From the sequence record NZ_AP023044.1: 10,856 bases of DNA; one strand, written 5' to 3'. Source of the stretch: a plasmid. Below, in pieces: positions 1-6,922 of this stretch; the first letter of the stretch is position 1, and each line of letters starts with the position of its first letter. Made by a program: the position numbers and the translations under genes. The notes below the pieces were generated by a model that was not told where the DNA came from, did no database searches, and saw only the letters and a program-made list of their open reading frames with translations.

Positions 1-1755
1 ATGGAAAAATCAAAAGAACAGCAAGCATTAGAACAACAGCTCAAAGATTTGCAAGCACTCATCATTAACTCCGCCTCCACCGATACCGCCCTTAAAAATG
101 CCTTAGAACAAATGCAAGCCGATTGCCTCAAAAAGCTAGTAGAGTTAGCTAAGCAAACAGCAAAGACAACCACACCGCCCACACAAAGCACACCAGAACA
201 ACAACCAGTGGCTACACCAATAGCCACACCACCTACAACTACAGAGCTCACACCACCACCAACAACCCAGCAAGAACTAACCACCACCCAACAGCCCCTA
301 GAAACCCAAGCTATCGCTCAAGCCAAACCCACAATCCCCACCGCTATCTCCAAGCAGTATGCAACCTTCCATAACGATGTAAACTCTGTCTCTCTAGGCA
401 AGCTTGGGGCATTAGAAGCCAATTTACTCTTTGCTATTTTTAACAAACTCAAAGACAGACAAGATGAGCTCTTGGTGTTTGATCTTGATGAAATTAAGGC
501 AATGGTGCATGCAGTTAAGATCAGCAAGAATGAATTAAGCGGTGTGGTCAAAAGACTTTGGAAAAACATTAGAACCGCTAACTTTTGGATACTCTTGCCT
601 AAGCGAGATGAAAACCATATGCTTTTTAAAACCTTTGCGATCAACTACCATGACACCCAAAAGACTCAAGTTAAAAGCATGGAAATCCAAGTGAACATGC
701 CCTACTTTGGCTACTTGCTTAACTTTTTAAACGCTAACTTCACCTCCTTTGAGCTCTTAGAGTTTCAAAATATCAGAGGGAAGTATGCTAAGACTCTTTA
801 TAGACTGCTTAAGCAATGGAAAAGTGTAGGTGTGCCTCCTAGAATGGAGTGGGGCAAGTTTAGGGAATTGATGGGTGTGCCTAACAAAATTAAATTAATT
901 CGTGTGATTGAATATGAAATTCTCAAACCCGCTATCCAAGAACTCAAAAAGCTCCCTCAATTTGAATCTCTTTGCTATGAAAAACTCAAAACCAAAGGCA
1001 TGGGCAATCGCATCACCCATATCCAATTCTACTTCCAGCCCACTACTAAGACCAGCAAAGACAAAGAACAAGCTAAAAGAGATTTAAGAACCATTGCTTG
1101 GAAAATCAGAAGCCAACAAGTGATTGAACAAATCAAACGCTCTAAAAAGCAACGAGCAGAGCAAGCCAAGCAAGAGGATAGCGTTATGGAGATCTTAGGG
1201 GCGGCTTTTAGTAAGCCCCAAGACCCTAGCATTGTGCTTGTAATTGATAGCATACACCCTGCTCTAAAGGGCTATGATTTTTTAGCCAAATACTACCAAA
1301 ATGGCCAAGAGATTGGTGAAAGAAGTGCCACTCTAGCTAGTAAAGAAATCTTACTAGAGAGTCTGATCAAATCAGGTTATCAAAGAATAGACTTAGCTCA
1401 GCAATCACAGCAAGTTGCCCAAACACAACAGCCCACACAGATACAGCTAGAATTGCAACAAGATAGCAATGGGTTTAAGAGCTTTCAAGGTTTAGTTAGA
1501 CCTAACCAGCCTAAACAAAATCAACAACCACCGGTAAATCCTAAAGACGATCTAACAGACTACATTGGATGCAATCTTTACATGAACAAGAATGGTGTAC
1601 CTGCTAGCCTTAAGATCAAAGACATTGCTAGATTAAAAAATGGAAAAATCCAAGTAGAGGTTAGAGATGTGGACAAACCCCGCAAAGCTTTAAATCCTTT
1701 TAAATTTGAAAGCGCGGCGCATTTTAAAAATTGGTTTGCAAAGTTTGCAGAATGA
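1..1755 (+). CDS. repA: Plasmid replication initiator, Rep_3 (iteron-binding RepA) family. Thr/Pro-rich N-terminal low-complexity segment and Gln-rich C-terminal tail.
   Basis: 584-aa ORF starting with ATG at nt 1. The central region '...RGKYAKTLYRLLKQWKSVGVPPRMEWGKFRELMGVPNKIKLIRVIEYEILKPAIQELKK' matches the winged-helix signature of Rep_3 initiators (YA(K/R)xLYxLLxQ...leeLrelLGv...y..f...vL.pAi.EL). A 22-bp iteron array sits at the other end of the window, adjacent on a circle. The low-complexity PT-rich (aa ~55-100) and Q-rich (aa ~450-510) segments are typical of Helicobacter plasmid Rep proteins. The start may lie upstream, across the window edge (see findings). Confidence 0.85.
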   Translation: MEKSKEQQALEQQLKDLQALIINSASTDTALKNALEQMQADCLKKLVELAKQTAKTTTPPTQSTPEQQPVATPIATPPTTTELTPPPTTQQELTTTQQPLETQAIAQAKPTIPTAISKQYATFHNDVNSVSLGKLGALEANLLFAIFNKLKDRQDELLVFDLDEIKAMVHAVKISKNELSGVVKRLWKNIRTANFWILLPKRDENHMLFKTFAINYHDTQKTQVKSMEIQVNMPYFGYLLNFLNANFTSFELLEFQNIRGKYAKTLYRLLKQWKSVGVPPRMEWGKFRELMGVPNKIKLIRVIEYEILKPAIQELKKLPQFESLCYEKLKTKGMGNRITHIQFYFQPTTKTSKDKEQAKRDLRTIAWKIRSQQVIEQIKRSKKQRAEQAKQEDSVMEILGAAFSKPQDPSIVLVIDSIHPALKGYDFLAKYYQNGQEIGERSATLASKEILLESLIKSGYQRIDLAQQSQQVAQTQQPTQIQLELQQDSNGFKSFQGLVRPNQPKQNQQPPVNPKDDLTDYIGCNLYMNKNGVPASLKIKDIARLKNGKIQVEVRDVDKPRKALNPFKFESAAHFKNWFAKFAE

Positions 1756-1941
1756 GCAGAGTAGAGGATAAATATCCTTTCTCTACTCACCCATGAACTC
1801 TTAATCTATCTTATCTGAAATGATCAATAGAATTAAAAGAATTATAAAATACAATATCTTTTTCATCTAATCCTTTCATATTTTTCTATATATAAAAACT
1901 GTTCTTGATTTATTTTTATTCTCTAGATTTTTATTCTAAAA

Positions 1942-2068
1942 CCCCGTAGGGCAAATTATGCAAACAAGCTTGCGCCGTGTTTTGTGTAGCAAATGCATAA
2001 TTTGCAAATTATGCATTACCTTTGGTATCGCTCGCAAGCTCGCTATGCATAATTTGCCCCTTACGGGG
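1942..2068. promoter_or_regulatory. Nested inverted-repeat cluster; candidate oriT and/or operator of the mobilisation operon.
   Basis: Outer inverted repeat: 1942-1962 'ccccgtagggcaaattatgca' pairs with 2046-2068 'tgcataatttgccccttacgggg' (21/23, one 2-nt bulge). Middle inverted repeat: 1967-1974 'agcttgcg' with 2033-2040 'cgcaagct'. Central perfect 22-bp palindrome 1994-2015 'tgcataatttgcaaattatgca'. The 12-mer GCAAATTATGCA occurs 4 times (1951 and 2004 direct; 1994 and 2046 inverted). GT tract 'gtgttttgtgtag' at 1977-1989. The cluster lies directly 5' of the mob genes. Confidence 0.4.
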
Positions 2069-2077
2069 AAGTTGTAG

Positions 2078-2083
2078 TATAAT
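2078..2083 (+). promoter_or_regulatory. Candidate -10 element (TATAAT) for the 2129-2434 / relaxase operon.
   Basis: 'gttgtagTATAATtgctc' lies 45 nt upstream of the ATG at 2129, immediately downstream of the inverted-repeat cluster. Helicobacter sigma-80 promoters depend mainly on the -10 element. Sequence only. Confidence 0.3.
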
Positions 2084-2128
2084 TGCTCATTTAATAATTA
2101 CTCATTTTGTATAAAAAAGGATTAATTT

Positions 2129-2434
2129 ATGTTTGCCCAGTCAGATAGTACTAGCAATGAGAATAATGCAAGTAATGTTGCTAGTCAAAGTGATAACAGC
2201 CATAGTAAAAATAAAACAGCACAACTAAAGCCATTGAGTGAAAAGAGCACCAGAGAGCTAGGTAAGTTAATTAGCAGACTAGAGATACAGATCGTTAAGT
2301 TTGAAAATGAGCGCCATGTTTTACAAAACAATCTAGCTAAACTTAATAATAAACTCAATGAGTTGAAACAAAAGCAAGCGGAGGCAAGTAAGATGCTTTT
2401 TGAGAAGCGTAAACAAGAACAACAAAGAAAATAG
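2129..2434 (+). CDS. Small (101 aa) Ser/Asn-rich then coiled-coil protein; possible relaxosome accessory protein.
   Basis: ATG preceded by AAGGA at 2117-2121 with 7-nt spacing. It ends 17 nt before the relaxase start, consistent with an operon. The C-terminal half, 'LGKLISRLEIQIVKFENERHVLQNNLAKLNNKLNELKQKQAEASKMLFEKRKQEQQRK', is predicted coiled coil. I recognise no family motif, so function is inferred from position only. Confidence 0.5.
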   Translation: MFAQSDSTSNENNASNVASQSDNSHSKNKTAQLKPLSEKSTRELGKLISRLEIQIVKFENERHVLQNNLAKLNNKLNELKQKQAEASKMLFEKRKQEQQRK

Positions 2435-2451
2435 ATCAAGAGGAGGGGTGC

Positions 2452-4860
2452 ATGGGCAATCTCTCATCTATTAACTTTAAACAAACAAAAAACAGCATAC
2501 AGGTTAACCATAACGATAGAAGTATCCCTCCTAACTATCTCTTATCCAGAGAAGTGGTTTTAAAAGCAAGCGGAGGGGTGGAGGTGAATAAATCAGCACA
2601 AGAGGCTTTAGAGTTAAGAGAGCACATGATAGCAAAGGCTATGAATGACTACTTGCAATACAGAGGGCAAAAGTTTAGGGCTAAGAGCTATCTATGGAGT
2701 GCTGTAGTTAATCTTAAAGAAACCTCTACCATGCAAGACTTAGAAAAGTTAGCAAAGCATTTTAAAGACAAATACGGCTTTCAGTGCTACCAAATAGCTA
2801 TCCACAGAGATGAAGGGCATGTAGATGAGAGGGGTGAGATTTGCATTAACCACCATGCTCATTTAGAGTTTGTAACTTTAGATGCAAACACAGGTAAAAG
2901 TTTGTTTAGAAAAACAACACCGCTAGTACTCAAGCAAATCCAAACAGACACAGCACAAATTCTAGGCATGGAGCGAGGAGAGTATAAGAACGACCATATA
3001 GATGAACAAGGCAATCTCATCAAAGGCACAGGTAGAAAGCGCATTGAACCTAGAGCCTATGCCCAGTTAATGGAAAAAGAGAAGGCTAAGTGTGTTGTAA
3101 TGATCAAGCAAACCAAACAACAAGAAAAAGTTATCCATGATTTTTATCAGTTTTCTAACAATTTAAATGCCTTATTAAAAACTTGGGAGGGCATGCTAGA
3201 TTATAAAGAGGCCATTAAACTCCACATAGACAAAGTTACAGGATTGTTAAAAGAAGTTAAGACAAGTGAAAAACAAATCAAAGACTTACAAGCTAGTCTA
3301 GAGAATACTAAAACAAAATTGCGCGCCATTGAACAAGACAAGATTAAACTAGAGCAAACCAACACCGCTTTAACTCAAGAGAATCAAGAGCTTAAGAATA
3401 GTCAAGTAGAGTTAGAAACCACGCTTATAGACCTTGTTAGAATTTTTGATCCACAAGAGAAACAAGGCAAGAAGCTCACAATCAAAGAAGCCAAACCCTT
3501 AATAGAGAGTGTGCGTAAGCAGATGATAGCCATTAATCAAGGCTTTGGTGATCTTAAACTCTTTACTCAAGAGGACTATAGAGCTTTGCGGGCATTAAAA
3601 GAGGAGGGTTTGAACATTGAGGGGCTAAAGAAGCGCATTGTTGCCATAGAGCAAAAGGCTAAAACACGCTATGAAGCCTTACAAGAGCAATACAAAGACT
3701 ATCTAAGTCCTAATGGGGTGCAAGAGCTCAGGCAAGCACATACTAAAGAGTTAGAGACTAAAGAGCAAGAACATGGAGTGGCTTTAAAGGACAAAGAGGC
3801 TTTACATGCTAAAGAGTTAAAGGCATTAGAAACACAGTACACCGCAGCCTTAGAGAGTGTAAAGAATAAGCTTATAAACGATTTAGGCGCGCTTTGTGAA
3901 CTTGCAGGGGGGGGTAAATGGAATACACCAAGCATTGCTAAGGCAGAGCTTGAAAAAAGCATTAATAGGCTCAAAGAGGAGGCTAGAAAGGCAAGCAAAG
4001 AGGCTAAGTTAGAAGAGTATGTGAACAAGGTTTACACGCTACTAGAAAGTTTTAGAGAGCAAGTTATTAACCCCATACTAGAAAAAACCCAAGCAGAGAG
4101 AGGGGCAGAGATTAAAGCTATTGCCCAGTGGAAAGAGGATAATGAGATAGAAAAGGCTGAATACCGCGTACACCTAGCAGACATTATTAAAGATTTGGTT
4201 GCGGGGAAATTCCCCAGAATGAATGCGATGGCAATACTCATGGGCAAGGGGGTTAAAGACGCCATGAACCCCATATACTTTGAAAGTGTTGCTAAAAATA
4301 AGGTGGATATACTTCATAGAGTTCACATTGATGAGATTGAAACAAAGCTAAGTAAAGAACTCAAGCCTATTCTTGACAAGATAGAAACAGCTAGAGAATG
4401 GGAACACAAAGCTTTACTAGGGGGAATAAAGGGGTTAGAAAATAGCATAGGAAAGCTAGCTGAGGAATTTAAAAACAGCGATGTATATGGCAAAAGGCTT
4501 AAAACAGCAGAAAGTGATGCGCAATATTACAAGAATAAAACCTCTAGACTTACAAAAGAGCTGGAGGATAAAATTAAAGAGATTGAAAGACTTACAGATG
4601 AGAATGCCAAGCTAAGGCGCACTGATCTACACTTGGAGAATGCCACACAGAAAACTAAGATTACAGAGCTTGAGAGCCAAGTGGGAGGCTTACAAACACA
4701 AAGAAATGATCTACAGAAAGAACGGGACAAATTGCAAATAGAGCTTGACAATGCGCAAGCAGAATTAAGTGAGCAAGTTAACCTAACTGAGAAATTAAAA
4801 ACAGACTTGAAAAAAGCTTTGGCTAGCCAACAGAGTAAAGGGAGGGGGTTTGGGGTGTAA
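2452..4860 (+). CDS. mobA: Mobilisation relaxase, MOBV / Mob_Pre-like HUH N-terminal domain (~200 aa), fused to a ~600-aa coiled-coil C-terminal extension.
   Basis: Strong RBS 'GAGGAGGGG' 5 nt before the ATG. N-terminal 'KQTKNSIQVNHNDRS' resembles Mob_Pre motif I (K..K....HN(D/E)R). 'HRDEGHVDERGEICINHHAHLEF' (nt ~2803-2862) resembles the 3-His motif III (HxDE...HxH) of MOBV relaxases. The remainder is repetitive E/K/L/Q-rich sequence typical of coiled coil. Confidence 0.8.
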   Translation: MGNLSSINFKQTKNSIQVNHNDRSIPPNYLLSREVVLKASGGVEVNKSAQEALELREHMIAKAMNDYLQYRGQKFRAKSYLWSAVVNLKETSTMQDLEKLAKHFKDKYGFQCYQIAIHRDEGHVDERGEICINHHAHLEFVTLDANTGKSLFRKTTPLVLKQIQTDTAQILGMERGEYKNDHIDEQGNLIKGTGRKRIEPRAYAQLMEKEKAKCVVMIKQTKQQEKVIHDFYQFSNNLNALLKTWEGMLDYKEAIKLHIDKVTGLLKEVKTSEKQIKDLQASLENTKTKLRAIEQDKIKLEQTNTALTQENQELKNSQVELETTLIDLVRIFDPQEKQGKKLTIKEAKPLIESVRKQMIAINQGFGDLKLFTQEDYRALRALKEEGLNIEGLKKRIVAIEQKAKTRYEALQEQYKDYLSPNGVQELRQAHTKELETKEQEHGVALKDKEALHAKELKALETQYTAALESVKNKLINDLGALCELAGGGKWNTPSIAKAELEKSINRLKEEARKASKEAKLEEYVNKVYTLLESFREQVINPILEKTQAERGAEIKAIAQWKEDNEIEKAEYRVHLADIIKDLVAGKFPRMNAMAILMGKGVKDAMNPIYFESVAKNKVDILHRVHIDEIETKLSKELKPILDKIETAREWEHKALLGGIKGLENSIGKLAEEFKNSDVYGKRLKTAESDAQYYKNKTSRLTKELEDKIKEIERLTDENAKLRRTDLHLENATQKTKITELESQVGGLQTQRNDLQKERDKLQIELDNAQAELSEQVNLTEKLKTDLKKALASQQSKGRGFGV

Positions 4861-4907
4861 AGGTTTGGCAAGAGAAGCTAGAGTTTAGACATCATTGCCA
4901 CTCATTC

Positions 4908-4990
4908 TTGAATGTTTTTATTTTAAATGTTTTTAAAATTCTCTAATGTTTTAAATATTTTCCAATGTTTAAAAAGTTTTAAATAGACTA
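4908..4990. repeat. Four tandem AT-rich units AATGTTTT(T)AAA(A)T, period ~19 bp.
   Basis: 'aatgt' cores at 4911, 4926, 4945 and 4964, each followed by a T-run and an A-run. The repeats lie in a 500-bp ORF-free gap between mobA and the methyltransferase genes. Confidence 0.45.
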
Positions 4991-5310
4991 ATAAATTGCT
5001 TAATTGGTAATATATTTTCTAGGATGATCACCTACTCCTGCCTTTGGAGAGTGTTGGGGGCTCTTTGTGTTGTGGTGTTGGTGGTGTAGGAAATATTTGG
5101 GAGTGTAGAGGTGTTTCTAGGGACTTGGTTTATTTCTTAGCAATAATCTTAATGATCTTTTGACTTCTTTGTTAGATAAACTTCTCTCCTGCCTGTAACC
5201 ACTTCTCAGAGAGATTGTATTTCTCATGGCAGGTGAGGGTGAAGTTGTGCAAATTAATCAGCTTTTAGATATGCCGGGGCCTCTCTATCAATTGGAGTTT
5301 GTGTAATTGG

Positions 5311-5319
5311 TGCTACAAT
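5311..5319 (+). promoter_or_regulatory. Candidate extended -10 (TGcTACAAT) for the methyltransferase operon.
   Basis: 'tggTGcTACAATcacg' lies ~43 nt upstream of the ATG at 5362. Sequence only. Confidence 0.25.
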
Positions 5320-5361
5320 CACGCCCGAATACTAAACTAGCAACTTGGAAAATCTCTACAT

Positions 5362-6180
5362 ATGCCCAATCAAGTTTTCTTTAAAAGTTCACAGAGCATG
5401 GATGAAGTGCCTGATCAGAGTGTAGCTCTCATTATCACCTCTCCGCCTTACTTTAACATCAAAGATTACAGCAAGAATGGAACACAGAGCAGTAAACACT
5501 CAGAAAGCCATGCAGGCGATCTTGGCAACATTGATCACTATGAGACCTATATCAAAGAAATGTTGCAGGTTTGGCTAGAATGCCAGAGGGTGTTAGAACC
5601 TAATGGAAAACTTTGTATCAATGTTCCTATGTTGCCCATGCTAAAGAGTGTTTACAACACGCACTACAACCGGCACATATTTGATCTTAAAAGCGATATA
5701 GAACATAGCATTCTTAAATCTACAAAACTCTACTTACTTGATCTCTACATTTGGAATCGCACCAACACCACCAAGAAGTTAATGTTTGGCTCTTATCCTC
5801 ACCCTACTAACTTTTATGCCCAAAACACCAGCGAATTTATTATTGTCTTTGTCAAAGATGGCAAGCCAAAAAAAGTCAGTCAAGAGCGTAAAGAAGCTAG
5901 CAGGCTTACCCAACAAGAATGGGTAGAGTTTACCAAACAAATTTGGGATATACCCATACCCAACAAGAGCGATCTAGCCTTCGGAGAACACGCAGCCATT
6001 ATGCCTGAGCTTTTAGCTTATAGACTAACTAAAATGTTTTCCTTTGTTCAAGATGTTGTACTTGATCCCTTTGTAGGCAGTGGGACTACACTTAAAGTAG
6101 CTAAGGCATTAGATAGACAATACATAGGCTATGAGATTTATCCACATTATGAAAGGTTAATTCGTGCTAAGTTACAATGA
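5362..6180 (+). CDS. DNA methyltransferase, beta-class amino-MTase (N4-cytosine or N6-adenine); first of a tandem pair.
   Basis: Motif IV 'ITSPPYFN' at aa 26-33 (nt 5440-5451) lies N-terminal to motif I 'DPFVGSGTT' near the C-terminus, which is the beta-class order of PF01555-type MTases. The conserved 'EHAAIMPELL' (HPTxKP-like) segment is present. An SPPY rather than DPPY motif hints at N4-C, with low confidence. Confidence 0.85.
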   Translation: MPNQVFFKSSQSMDEVPDQSVALIITSPPYFNIKDYSKNGTQSSKHSESHAGDLGNIDHYETYIKEMLQVWLECQRVLEPNGKLCINVPMLPMLKSVYNTHYNRHIFDLKSDIEHSILKSTKLYLLDLYIWNRTNTTKKLMFGSYPHPTNFYAQNTSEFIIVFVKDGKPKKVSQERKEASRLTQQEWVEFTKQIWDIPIPNKSDLAFGEHAAIMPELLAYRLTKMFSFVQDVVLDPFVGSGTTLKVAKALDRQYIGYEIYPHYERLIRAKLQ

Positions 6181-6922
6181 AATCCACTCCTTAGATGTCT
6201 TTGAGTTTTTAAATCTCTTGCCTAAATGCAGTATCGATCTAGCTATTGTAGACCCACCCTACAATTTAGGGGTGGCACAATGGGATTGTTTTGGAAGCGA
6301 ACAAGAGTTTCTGGAGTTTAGCTATGCATGGATAGATGCTCTCTTGCCTAAATTAAAACCTACAGCAAGCTTTTATATTTTCAACACCGCCTACCATTGC
6401 GCCTTATTTCTTGTTTATTTGCAAGGAAAAGCCCATTTTAAAAATTGGATCACATGGCATAAAAAAGACGGCTTTGCCAATGCAAGAAAGAAGTTTAATA
6501 ACGCCAGTGAAAGTATTTTGTTTTACACCCTAAGCGAGCAATATATTTTCAATTGCGATGCCATTAGAACCCCCTATGAAAGCACCGCTAGAATACAAGC
6601 AGCTACAAAAAAAGGCATTCTTAAAAATAATAAACGATGGTTTCCTAACCCTAATGGCAAGCTTTGTACCGATGTTTGGCACATCAGCTCTCAAAGACAC
6701 CAAGAAAAGATCAACGGGCGACTTGTCAAGCAAAAACACCCCACGATCAAGCCCTACGATCTAATAGAGCGCATCATAAAAGCTAGCAGCCTCCCTAAAA
6801 ATGTGGTGCTTGATCTCTTTGCAGGCAGTGGCATTGCCTTAGAGGTGTGTCAAAACCTAGATAGGCTCTATTTGGGAACAGATATTAACCACAACAATTT
6901 TAAAGCGCATGTAGCAGGCTAG
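6164..6922 (+). CDS. DNA methyltransferase, beta-class amino-MTase (probably N6-adenine); second of the tandem pair, translationally coupled.
   Basis: Motif IV 'VDPPYNL' (nt 6251-6262), 'KHPTIKPYDLIERII' and motif I 'DLFAGSGIA'. The only in-frame start upstream of the conserved N-terminal block is GTG at 6164, with GAAAGG 8 nt upstream. It overlaps the upstream MTase by 17 nt. Confidence 0.85.
   Translation: MLSYNEIHSLDVFEFLNLLPKCSIDLAIVDPPYNLGVAQWDCFGSEQEFLEFSYAWIDALLPKLKPTASFYIFNTAYHCALFLVYLQGKAHFKNWITWHKKDGFANARKKFNNASESILFYTLSEQYIFNCDAIRTPYESTARIQAATKKGILKNNKRWFPNPNGKLCTDVWHISSQRHQEKINGRLVKQKHPTIKPYDLIERIIKASSLPKNVVLDLFAGSGIALEVCQNLDRLYLGTDINHNNFKAHVAG

Noticed and set aside
318-644. Minus-strand ORFs antisense to repA, mobA and the MTase genes (318-644, 1029-1253, 1578-1790, 2185-2439, 2859-3044, 3699-4028, 4032-4274, 4527-4871, 6530-6739, 9471-9701), and plus-strand ORFs inside the HNH gene (7198-7407, 7380-7568, 7780-8064).
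   Set aside because: All are fully embedded in, or antisense to, longer ORFs with clear family motifs. Their Cys/Leu/Ser-rich compositions are typical of reverse-frame artefacts of A-rich coding sequence, and none has an RBS.
1761-1786. Hairpin GTAGAGGA...TCCTTTCTCTAC right after the repA stop codon, as a possible terminator.
   Set aside because: There is no downstream U-tract and the stem is only ~8 bp with a G-U pair. It may still be an RNA-stability element, but there is insufficient evidence to call a terminator.
5024-5089. 21-codon hydrophobic mini-ORF, possibly a type I toxin-like peptide.
   Set aside because: There is no RBS (AGG sits only 2 nt from the ATG), and no antisense-RNA or promoter evidence is visible. 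It is mentioned in a finding only as a low-probability possibility.
5030-5130. The minus strand of the GT-rich tract translates to a Pro/Thr-rich peptide (…TPLHSQIFPTPPTPQHKEPPTLSKGRSR*) reminiscent of the RepA N-terminal low-complexity region. This could be a rep-gene remnant.
   Set aside because: There is no start codon, the stretch is only ~33 codons between stops, and the similarity is compositional (CA-rich) and not alignable.
6138-6146. Perfect DnaA-box consensus TTATCCACA.
   Set aside because: It lies inside the first MTase coding sequence, far from the origin. A single 9-mer is expected by chance at this A+T content.
6558-6764. 68-aa plus-strand ORF in an alternative frame inside the second MTase.
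   Set aside because: It overlaps a conserved MTase region in another frame and has no RBS.
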